NCBI GenBank assembly: GCA_937903325.1
Contig: CALCZR010000060.1
Location: 82,404 to 146,403, forward strand
Origin: an uncultured Candidatus Saccharibacteria bacterium
GTDB lineage: Bacteria; Patescibacteriota; Saccharimonadia; Saccharimonadales; AWTP1-31
Length of the DNA stretch: 64,000 nucleotides
Direction of reading: 5' to 3'
Shown: positions 7,931 through 16,492 of the stretch, one piece after another
Layout of the letters: each line of letters begins with the position of its first letter
Position numbering within the stretch: position 1 is the first letter of the stretch
Notes under the pieces: model-generated
The model's database searches: none
What the model was told of the DNA's origin: nothing
What the model saw: the letters and a program-made list of their open reading frames with translations, nothing else
Program-made: the position numbers and the translations under genes

Positions 7931-10627
7931 ATGCAGCAGTTATTGGATACACTCATCAATGGCCCCGCTCGCTACACCCAAGAACACCACTTGAGTCCGG
8001 CACTAACTCTAGTGGTCATAATTGTTGCCTTGTTAGCAGAGTTTGTAGGCTTCTATGCTATCTGCTTGGCAATAGTTAGATTCGTCCAGAGTATCCCGAC
8101 AATGCTTGGATATCTGCTTCGGAAGTGTGGTGTAGGCGGCAAAGAATCACCCAAAGTCTTCCTAGAGCTTACGTTTCCAGCGCAAACCGGAAAATCTGCG
8201 CCAGCAACCGAACAGTTACACACCTTACTCCGCAACCAGACGGCCAGTCGGAGCTTTTGGCAACGTTTAGCTGCACCCAAAACGACACGCTCCATGGAGA
8301 TTGTCTCTACAAGGCGTGCTGGCATCCGCTATGTCATGGCTGTACCTGCTCGAGAAGTTGAGTATATACAGAACAGCCTCCGGTCTTACCAGCCTGGCCT
8401 CAAGATTCGGGTAATAGAAGAATATCTTGGTGCAATACATGAGATATCTGCCGGAGTCGCGGAACTCAACTTAGCAGGTGATTTTGTACTCCCGCTGCAA
8501 GATCAGAAAGCTCTGAAAGACCACGACCCGATTGGCTACCTCACCGGTCAAATGACCAAGCTTGATCCTAAAGAATTAGTGGCTTTTCAGGTTGTGGTAA
8601 GCCCAGTACTTAACACTACTCACAGACGATCGTTGCGACATATTCAGTCTATGCGGGGGCGCATAAAGATGAGCAAAACGTTGTCTAACAAGTTAGTCGT
8701 CCAACGTACGCCTGTTGCCAGAATCTTGTGGCTACTCTGGTATCCGCCACTATGGTTTTTGGGAGCAATGGGTAAGATCCTAGCATTTATGGTTAGCGTA
8801 GTTACTAGCATGTTTTCTAGAGATCATGCGCTTCCCGACATGCTCATGGGCGGAAGCGACAAGAAGCGAGCAAACGACCCGTACGAGACGGAGCTAGGTA
8901 AAAACATAAAAGCCAAGCTCGACCAGCAATTATTTGAAGTCTCTCTACGCGTATTGGTGGCGTCGCCAGATAACAAACGCATTGTGCAACGCTTGAATGG
9001 TTTAGTGGACACCTTTGAGCCGTATGCCACGAGTAGTCAAGGAATTCGTGCCTATCGAAGCCTTCGCTTGCTATTCATTAAAACAGACAACAACCTATCT
9101 CGTTTTATAAGCCGTAACCTAACGCCTCATGTAGTAAGCCAACAGGTTATCTTATCTAATTCCGAACTAGCCAGCTTATACCATTTTCCTAACCCTGATT
9201 CAGTACGCACCGAAAATATAGTGCAGTCACTTAGTAAAACACTACCCGCTACCGTTGCCCTCAAAGGAGATACCCAGCTTGATGTAGTTTTAGGCGTCAA
9301 CAAACATCAGGGTAGTAGCACACCTATTGGCTTAACGGCCGATGAGCGAGAACGACACATCTATATAGTTGGCGGTACTGGCAATGGTAAAACAACCATG
9401 CTGGAGTACGGCATCGTGCAAGATATCTGTGCCGGTAAGGGTGTAGCCATTATTGATCCGCACGGTGATTCTTGCAAGAAACTCCTTGGCTATATTCCTA
9501 AAGAACGTATCAAAGACGTTATTTACCTGAACCCTAGTGACTTGGATTATCCTATTGGACTGAATCTACTGGAACTACCAAAAGGTTTGTCTGGTAGTGA
9601 GCTGGCGCATGCCAAGGATATGGTGACTGAGGCAGTTATTTCAGTACTACAAAAGATATTCGACAGTGGCAGCGAAGCTAATGCCTACCGCATTGAACGA
9701 GTGCTACGCAATGCTGTACACACCGCTTTTACCGTACCTGACGCTACACTCTTTACAGTTCTAAGACTCCTGACCGACACAACCTACCGAAACAAAGTAT
9801 CCAACAAACTGGAAGATGCTAGTCTCAAACGCTTCTGGAAAGAAGAAATGGGCAAAGCTGGTGATATGCAACGGGTTAAGATTAGTGGTGGCCCGATTGC
9901 TCGAATAGAGCGCTTTGAACGATCTGAGTCTGCCAAGCGCATGCTCGGCCAGGCTACTTCAACTATTGATTTTGACGACATCCTTGCTACTAGTAAAATC
10001 CTTATCTGCAATTTCAGCAAAGGACGACTCGGAGAAAGCACTTCCACACTCTTTGGTACAACTGTCCTGGCTAAGTTACAGCTCGCTGCTTGGCGACGAG
10101 ATGAAATAGCCAGTAAAGACCGTGTACCGTTTTATGTATATGTCGATGAATTTCAGAACTTTGCCAGCGAGTCGTTTTTAAGTCTGTTCTCGGAGGCTAG
10201 GAAATACAAGCTATTCTTAACCATGGCTCAACAATCCGTTTCACAGCTGCAAGCTAAAACCATGGTCAACACCATACTCGATAACGTTGGTACGGTTATT
10301 GGCTTTAGATCTAAAAGCCCTGATACCGAGAAGCTACTACTTCACCAGTTCAGCCCGTACATCGAGCCAGGGGAAATCATGAACCTACCAACCTACAACT
10401 TTTACATAAAGGTCGCCGCACTAGAATCGCACGAACCAATGTCGGGCGAGACACTACTGATTGAGGGTGAAGGCAGCGACAGGACGGCAGATAAAGTCAA
10501 AGCCAACTCACGGAAACAATATGCCAAAGAATATGTTGAGACAAAGCTAGAAAAGAAGCCTGAACCTGCAAAAAACTCTGTTACCGAGAAAGCTGCAGAC
10601 AGTTCACTGGCATCAATTGAAGCTTGA
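7931..10627 (+). CDS. Type IV secretion coupling protein (VirD4/TraG/TraD-like ATPase), full length
   Basis: There are N-terminal TM segments. Walker A is GGTGNGKTT and Walker B is FYVYVDEFQNF. The C-terminal ~135 aa are paralogous to the stub at 32647..33053. Confidence 0.85.
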   Translation: MQQLLDTLINGPARYTQEHHLSPALTLVVIIVALLAEFVGFYAICLAIVRFVQSIPTMLGYLLRKCGVGGKESPKVFLELTFPAQTGKSAPATEQLHTLLRNQTASRSFWQRLAAPKTTRSMEIVSTRRAGIRYVMAVPAREVEYIQNSLRSYQPGLKIRVIEEYLGAIHEISAGVAELNLAGDFVLPLQDQKALKDHDPIGYLTGQMTKLDPKELVAFQVVVSPVLNTTHRRSLRHIQSMRGRIKMSKTLSNKLVVQRTPVARILWLLWYPPLWFLGAMGKILAFMVSVVTSMFSRDHALPDMLMGGSDKKRANDPYETELGKNIKAKLDQQLFEVSLRVLVASPDNKRIVQRLNGLVDTFEPYATSSQGIRAYRSLRLLFIKTDNNLSRFISRNLTPHVVSQQVILSNSELASLYHFPNPDSVRTENIVQSLSKTLPATVALKGDTQLDVVLGVNKHQGSSTPIGLTADERERHIYIVGGTGNGKTTMLEYGIVQDICAGKGVAIIDPHGDSCKKLLGYIPKERIKDVIYLNPSDLDYPIGLNLLELPKGLSGSELAHAKDMVTEAVISVLQKIFDSGSEANAYRIERVLRNAVHTAFTVPDATLFTVLRLLTDTTYRNKVSNKLEDASLKRFWKEEMGKAGDMQRVKISGGPIARIERFERSESAKRMLGQATSTIDFDDILATSKILICNFSKGRLGESTSTLFGTTVLAKLQLAAWRRDEIASKDRVPFYVYVDEFQNFASESFLSLFSEARKYKLFLTMAQQSVSQLQAKTMVNTILDNVGTVIGFRSKSPDTEKLLLHQFSPYIEPGEIMNLPTYNFYIKVAALESHEPMSGETLLIEGEGSDRTADKVKANSRKQYAKEYVETKLEKKPEPAKNSVTEKAADSSLASIEA

Positions 10628-10651
10628 ATAATAACGCAGACAACCATCTAT

Positions 10652-13600
10652 CTATGCCATTGGTTTGATAATATTGCTGTCTTGGCCCTGTACCTCACCC
10701 TTTACAACTGGAAGTGTGATGTCAATGGCCGTTCCGGACTTCTGCGTGCTTGTAACCTTTATGCTACCTCCACTTTGCTCAACGATTGCTTTGCTGACGA
10801 ATAGACTGAGGCCAAGCCCCTCGTGATCAAAGGTCGTAACATCCGTACCTCGTTGGAGCGGTTCAAATAATGTTTTTTGCGCCTCAGGGGTCAGACCAGG
10901 TCCGTTATCAGCCACTCGAATTCCTACCTTACCTCCAACCGTTCGTATAAGCACCGTTACGGCACTGTTGGCTGGGCTGTATTCCACTGCGTTGCCGACT
11001 ACTGCACTCAGAATGTAATCAAGCTGCTCGGATCGGAGCGGCACCAAGAGACCGTCCGTCACCGTAGTCTTTACGGTGGTGCTCTTTGTCTGAGCTTGTT
11101 GCTGGATGGCTGGATCGATCGACTGCTTGTAGTACGCACCAACATCGACACTACCTACAGGCTCGAGCTGTGTTAGCCGTTCGTAGCTAGTAAGTTTAGT
11201 AGCTAGTTTCTGCAGCATACCGAGACCATTCATTAAGAGGTGAGCATCAGGCAACTTATCCATACCCTCAGTACCTTGCCTTAACTGACCAGCATGGTGC
11301 TCTAGCGTAGGAGCGACTGACTGCAGGAGTTCTTCTTTTTGGCGAACCAAACCACGTGTGTTCACCAGATCCTGATCAATGCCAGCGTGCAAGACTTTGG
11401 CTCGGCTGTGGTAGAAATAGAGCAACCAGATAAGTAATCCGCTAAACAACGTCAGAATTATGTTGTTAGTCAGCTGTGCTCCCCGTTTTTCGTAGGCCCC
11501 CGTCAGCAACAGGGAAAGGTCAACAGCCGCTATACCTAAACCAATGGCCAGCTGGCCAGCCCAGAGATTACGGGCCTTCGTCAGCAGTGCTTGGTCTGCC
11601 TTACTAAAGCTCGACTGCGCTGCTGGTGCCAGCGCGATCTGTACCGAACCCTCAAAGCCCTGGACTGAAAGTTTTAGGGCTGCAAGCTTCTGACCAAAAC
11701 TTGCCAGAAACGCACCATCCAAAGCATGCTTACTAGTCATGAGTTCGTGTGCTCCCTGCATGACGGCTAGTGGGGTATTGAGGTAGTGCGTAACGATCTC
11801 TAGGAACTGCTGGACAGTGGCAACCCTGCGTTTTGCCGCCACTAGTGCCAGGCGAACACCACGCACAAAGCGATATTCACGCCACGCCTGTGCCGCATAG
11901 GCTACAGCAAGGAGTAGGAGTAGCGACAAGAAGAATACAGAGAACAAGCGAGCTGAGCCTCGTCGGGTGTTTGCCGAAGCCGTCTTGCTTGGTAACTCGG
12001 TAATACCCCCAGCCTGTAGTTTCTGGATCGCTTGCGGCGAGAATGGATTCTCTTCTCCTATGATTGGCGGCGTGGTGGTGGTCGTTGGAGTGCTAGCTGG
12101 CTTCTTGGGCGGCTGAATAGGTGGAGTTGGTGGCTCAACCGGCGGCGTGGTGCCAGGGGTATAGTTGTAGGTCCACCGCGAAATGTTGTTAGTATCTACT
12201 GTCCAAAAATCCCCATCGGCTTGGAATACACTTTGGAAATCGATCTCGGGTCGTTCAACACTGCTCGTATCAACAACCAGTACTCTGTTGAGCGAACTGC
12301 CACTCACAAAATTTTGCGTTGCCGTACCAGTGATATCAACTTCGAAGACACCCTGGGCTGCAACTTCGTACTGACTGGTCGAACCGACACAAATAACAGT
12401 AGTATGTCCTGGATAGTGTCTGCCATAATAGGAGTCTTCGTAATCCTCACCATCCTGCATCATTGTGCGCGTATCAACACATTGATATGGGTCAGAAATT
12501 GATTGGAAGGTAAATCCAACTGGCAAGGTCATAATCAGATTAGTGTCTGAACTCCAAACACTTGGACCAAGGTTCGTAATTGCTATGCGGAATGTTGCTT
12601 GTTTGCCTTGTGTAATCGGAAGTTCGGTAAGTAGTCGCTGTGACACACTCAAGTCATACACAGGGCAGGCCGCAGTGGAAAACTGATGGTCAGCCCCCGT
12701 ACTATACCCCTCTCCGTTATATGCCCACGCCTGGTAATGAAATGTTTTACCACATTCAAGCCCCGTAAGATCCAGGCTAAACTGCTGCGCGTTATAAGGG
12801 CCTTGGTTTTGATTCACCGAGTAGCCGTAACTGGTGGTTTCCCCGTAATTAAAGCCAACTCCCGTAATATTGCCTTGGCCAGTGTTTGTTATTTCGCCAA
12901 ACAATTTTGCGCTGTTAGTTGTGACGTTACTCGATGACCCCGTCTCTACCGCGAGCTCTGTGGGCGGAGGGCAGCTCGCAGTGGTAAACGTTTTATCTTC
13001 ACCATAGGTACCGAAGTTATCATAGGGATTTTCGGTCAAGGGCGCATAATGTTGTCGAGCCAACGCCTGGTAATGGTAGGTTGTACCACAGGTAAGATTC
13101 TGAACTGTCATAGAGAAAGGCCCCGTATTGTGACTGAGGCTAAACTTTTGAATACGATTAAGAGTCGAGTCGGCCACATAAATATTGCCGTTTTTATCGG
13201 TAACCACATCACTAATCTGCCCAAATTGGCTAGGGCCACTCCCTGCAGATCCCCAGGTAGCACGATGGCCAGCTACCGTCCCATCATAGAGGCGCTGCAT
13301 CCGTTGGTTCGCAGCATCGCCGATGTAGAAGGCCTGGTCAGCCCCCGTGCTTAGTCCAGTAGCTTGCACAAACTGTCCGTTACCCGTACCGGCACTACCG
13401 AAGCTCGATTCAAAGGTGGATGCGTTAAACCTTTGAACTCTATTATTGCCGGAGTCCAAAATAGAAAGTGATTCCACCTCACCCGTAATCCCGGATGGGC
13501 AATTAAACTGGCCTTCACCTGTTCCTGCAGCACCAAAAGCACCCATATACTGTCGTTTTATGTAACTGGAATCCGAGGCGTGTACAGCAAAATAATTACC

Positions 13601-15754
13601 CATGCGTAAATAGCTCTGCACGCGATTATTACCGCAGTCAGCTATATAGGCCTGCTCATACGTTCCTTGTGAGGCAAAATGAATGGCTCTAATATTGTTA
13701 AACTGTTGTGGTTCGCTACCACTACCGCCCAACTTGCTCAAGTAGTTACCTTCTTGGTCAAACTGCTGGATATAGTCACTACTATCGGCCACAAATACAT
13801 TGTCGGACTTATCAACTCCAATGGCGCTAATGGCGTTAAATTGTCCGTTGCCAGATCCGCTACTACCCCAATTTAGGATAAAATCACCATCCGGACTGAA
13901 TTTCTGCACACGATTACCGCCCACGTCCGCCACGTAGATATCACCATTGGACGCCACTGCCATAGGCCCTGCTCCATCAAATTGTCCGTTGCCAGATCCG
14001 CTACTACCAAAGGTGTCTACATGCACAGGTACTTGGCTCAAACTGTTCGAGCTAACATGACTGCCGTAACTAGTATCAAGCCCGTATGCAAAATATGTTT
14101 GGCCAATTGCGCCGGCAATGTTTCCAGATACCGTTCCATTAAGCGTTGCACTGGTGTCGCCTACAGCAGTGGCGGACTGTGTAGACACCGTTTCGTTTAC
14201 GAAGTTACACGGCGCGGTAGTAAAGGACTTATCTTCGCCGTACACTCGTTCGTCCAGGCTATCAATATATGCACGGTAATGATAGGTTGTTGCACAGGCT
14301 AGGCCAGAAATTTCTCGCCGAAACTCGATGTCACGATACTGGGGAACGCTCAGTTGGACTCTGTCGTAATCGGAGCTAGTTGTCAGGATTGAACCATCGG
14401 GAAGAGCTAGCGTGTCCAGAACATGCGAATTACTATTGATCGTATTAGTCCCGTTAGAATCTGCCGTCCAGGCTATGGTGAGTCGATCTCCCAGAATAAA
14501 ATTATCCTGCTCATCAATGTCAAAAGCAGGACTACCTTGTGCAATTTGTATATCAATAAAGCTTTCTGTCCCGTTGGTGGCAATTTTCTTAATCAGCCGC
14601 TGGGCTTGATACTTAATGTAAATTGATTGATCCGAACCCACTGCGACGCTCTGTGCCTGATTGTACGGCGAAGGACTGTTGATGTAGGTAGACAGCTCAT
14701 CGAGCAGTGACCCTGTCGGACCGTATCGGACTAGCTTATCTTGGAATAACACCAGTACATTGCCGGTATTCTCAACTGCAATGTCAGTCGCAGTACCGCC
14801 ACCCAGAGACCAGTCTAGAAGTTGCGTACCGTCAGTATTCACTCGGGTAATTTTGTTGTTACTAATCAGGTAAATATGTCCATTGGTATCTGCCACCATC
14901 CGGCCAAAATTATCCAAACATTCCCCTTCTTCGAGGTATATACAGTTCCACTGACTATTAAGGGTGTAGTCTGGGTTAAACTTAATAACCGTCGATTTGC
15001 CTCCACTCTGGTTATTCACATAGACATAGCCAGCACTGTCGCGAGCAAAAGTCTTTGGATAGAAGAATTGAGCACCTGAATCTTGCTGTGATATAGCGTA
15101 ACCTGTTACATAAGGAGGAAGAACTCCTGCAGGTATGGTTTCGCCATAACTGGTAGTAGTGCCGTATTGGAAGCCTCTATTGATTATGTAGTCAAGATTT
15201 GGGGTCATACCATTGGTTACTTCACCCCGTAGCTCAGTAGTCTGTTGGGTGGTTTTGGCATTGGTTAATGTCCTTGCCACCGCCGGTCCGCCAGGATTAG
15301 CAAACGTTCGGCTAAGCTGTACGCAAACTGCGGCTGCAAGCAGAATAAGTAACACCGAGGTATACGTCGACCGGAACAGAATTACTTTTTTCTTGTATAG
15401 AACCCTCGGGATAAACACCGTCTTGGCGTGGTGGAGTAAGCCATACCTAACACCTGGATCTTCCAAGGCAAGTGGTTTCTTGTGTCGCCGGTAATCAAGC
15501 TGATAGTAGACCGTCAGTACAAACAGTAGTAGGAGGCCCACAAAACCCAATGCCGTAAGCACTGCCAGGTAATCGAGCCTATTATTGGTAGATAGTAATC
15601 TCCAGGTAATCCGACTAATAGAGGGGCTGAACTGCAATAGTAATGATACACCGATCATCGCGAGCAAAGACGCAGCCATAATTATAAAATTCGTGTTGCG
15701 TTCTATTCGCCGGCTATAAAACCTTGTCTCGGTGTTTGACTTTTTTCTACGCAT
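10652..15754 (-). CDS. Giant (1700 aa) membrane protein: ~1250-aa extracytoplasmic region with NHL-type beta-propeller repeats and Ig/FN3-like and DUF11-like modules, Pro-rich linker, TM segments, C-terminal histidine-kinase core
   Basis: Features along the protein, N- to C-terminus:
- N-terminal TM helices
- recurring ..C.TTYHY(R/Q)A.. module ends
- NHL-like ..GNNRVQ(K/S/R)F.. repeats with GSGNGQF
- a PPVEPPTPPIQPPKKP linker
- an H-box-like THYLNTPL
- an HATPase_c region (DNGPGLTPE...GLGLSL). Confidence 0.8.
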   Translation of the reverse strand: MRRKKSNTETRFYSRRIERNTNFIIMAASLLAMIGVSLLLQFSPSISRITWRLLSTNNRLDYLAVLTALGFVGLLLLFVLTVYYQLDYRRHKKPLALEDPGVRYGLLHHAKTVFIPRVLYKKKVILFRSTYTSVLLILLAAAVCVQLSRTFANPGGPAVARTLTNAKTTQQTTELRGEVTNGMTPNLDYIINRGFQYGTTTSYGETIPAGVLPPYVTGYAISQQDSGAQFFYPKTFARDSAGYVYVNNQSGGKSTVIKFNPDYTLNSQWNCIYLEEGECLDNFGRMVADTNGHIYLISNNKITRVNTDGTQLLDWSLGGGTATDIAVENTGNVLVLFQDKLVRYGPTGSLLDELSTYINSPSPYNQAQSVAVGSDQSIYIKYQAQRLIKKIATNGTESFIDIQIAQGSPAFDIDEQDNFILGDRLTIAWTADSNGTNTINSNSHVLDTLALPDGSILTTSSDYDRVQLSVPQYRDIEFRREISGLACATTYHYRAYIDSLDERVYGEDKSFTTAPCNFVNETVSTQSATAVGDTSATLNGTVSGNIAGAIGQTYFAYGLDTSYGSHVSSNSLSQVPVHVDTFGSSGSGNGQFDGAGPMAVASNGDIYVADVGGNRVQKFSPDGDFILNWGSSGSGNGQFNAISAIGVDKSDNVFVADSSDYIQQFDQEGNYLSKLGGSGSEPQQFNNIRAIHFASQGTYEQAYIADCGNNRVQSYLRMGNYFAVHASDSSYIKRQYMGAFGAAGTGEGQFNCPSGITGEVESLSILDSGNNRVQRFNASTFESSFGSAGTGNGQFVQATGLSTGADQAFYIGDAANQRMQRLYDGTVAGHRATWGSAGSGPSQFGQISDVVTDKNGNIYVADSTLNRIQKFSLSHNTGPFSMTVQNLTCGTTYHYQALARQHYAPLTENPYDNFGTYGEDKTFTTASCPPPTELAVETGSSSNVTTNSAKLFGEITNTGQGNITGVGFNYGETTSYGYSVNQNQGPYNAQQFSLDLTGLECGKTFHYQAWAYNGEGYSTGADHQFSTAACPVYDLSVSQRLLTELPITQGKQATFRIAITNLGPSVWSSDTNLIMTLPVGFTFQSISDPYQCVDTRTMMQDGEDYEDSYYGRHYPGHTTVICVGSTSQYEVAAQGVFEVDITGTATQNFVSGSSLNRVLVVDTSSVERPEIDFQSVFQADGDFWTVDTNNISRWTYNYTPGTTPPVEPPTPPIQPPKKPASTPTTTTTPPIIGEENPFSPQAIQKLQAGGITELPSKTASANTRRGSARLFSVFFLSLLLLLAVAYAAQAWREYRFVRGVRLALVAAKRRVATVQQFLEIVTHYLNTPLAVMQGAHELMTSKHALDGAFLASFGQKLAALKLSVQGFEGSVQIALAPAAQSSFSKADQALLTKARNLWAGQLAIGLGIAAVDLSLLLTGAYEKRGAQLTNNIILTLFSGLLIWLLYFYHSRAKVLHAGIDQDLVNTRGLVRQKEELLQSVAPTLEHHAGQLRQGTEGMDKLPDAHLLMNGLGMLQKLATKLTSYERLTQLEPVGSVDVGAYYKQSIDPAIQQQAQTKSTTVKTTVTDGLLVPLRSEQLDYILSAVVGNAVEYSPANSAVTVLIRTVGGKVGIRVADNGPGLTPEAQKTLFEPLQRGTDVTTFDHEGLGLSLFVSKAIVEQSGGSIKVTSTQKSGTAIDITLPVVKGEVQGQDSNIIKPMA

Positions 15755-15776
15755 TGCTCTCTGGTCTATCTACTAT

Positions 15777-15796
15777 AAGTATAACCGTCTTGACCC
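15777..15796 (-). promoter_or_regulatory. Conserved upstream block of the giant-protein genes (copy 2)
   Basis: The 20-mer is identical to 1647..1666. The minus-strand TATACT at 15783..15778 lies ~24 nt upstream of the ATG at 15754. Confidence 0.35.
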
Positions 15797-15869
15797 TTGT
15801 AGACCAGCTACATCTGATTCTTGATCGTCAAACAGACCACCAGTAACGCGTCCCACTTGTCTATTATGG

Positions 15870-16487
15870 TTACAGAAGGGTCTGGAATTTTTGGTACATG
15901 GCTTTGTCGAGCGGCTTACTACTTCCAAGGGATAACGTTACGTTATGCAACTTATCGCCTTTAAGCTCAACTAGCTGATTGGCAGTAGGGCTATAAAAAG
16001 CATCCGATCCAAGCTGTATTCGGTTTTTGTCGGGTAACTTAGTAAGTACATCATACGCTTTTTTGGCGGCTTGGGTATCTTTGAATATTCTTGTAGAAAT
16101 AATGACTGAGCGAATTTCTTGGGCCTGATCGCCATTAACAATATATGCGCAGCCAGACACTGAACCCTCTGTGTTTTTCGTATTAGGGATACTGACTCGA
16201 GCTCCGTTAGTCTTCTGACCCAGGATACTCTCGAGTTTAGATAGGGACACCGTGTCACAGACGGCACTTTTAGCGTTCTTTGGAATAGTCACCAGTTGGT
16301 CTTCGACCGACTGGTTCTCTTCGCCGTCATATATGACATTCCTGGTCGGCTCCATGCGATCGTTACGGCCACGGACAACAAGAACTCCGGTTGTCACCCC
16401 AAGTACGAGCACCGCCACCAAACCCATTATGAGGCGTTTATTGAGGCGACTGCCGTGGCTATGGGTGTATTTCTTTAGGTTAGTCAA
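15870..16487 (-). CDS. Membrane-anchored hypothetical protein (205 aa)
   Basis: It has a single N-terminal TM helix (LIMGLVAVLVLGVTTGVLVV) and no recognisable motif. It is present only in element E1. Confidence 0.45.
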   Translation of the reverse strand: MTNLKKYTHSHGSRLNKRLIMGLVAVLVLGVTTGVLVVRGRNDRMEPTRNVIYDGEENQSVEDQLVTIPKNAKSAVCDTVSLSKLESILGQKTNGARVSIPNTKNTEGSVSGCAYIVNGDQAQEIRSVIISTRIFKDTQAAKKAYDVLTKLPDKNRIQLGSDAFYSPTANQLVELKGDKLHNVTLSLGSSKPLDKAMYQKFQTLL

Positions 16488-16492
16488 AGATA

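Noticed and set aside
12032-12502. Long antisense or nested ORFs inside large genes. Other examples: 1793..2200, 24019..24348, 40358..40801, 44536..45201, 46412..46870, 49156..49671, 59771..60265, 62743..63192.
   Set aside because: Each lies opposite or out of frame within a gene that has clear family motifs. Their products are low-complexity (Arg/Ser/Cys/Trp-rich) with no start context, which is typical of shadow ORFs.
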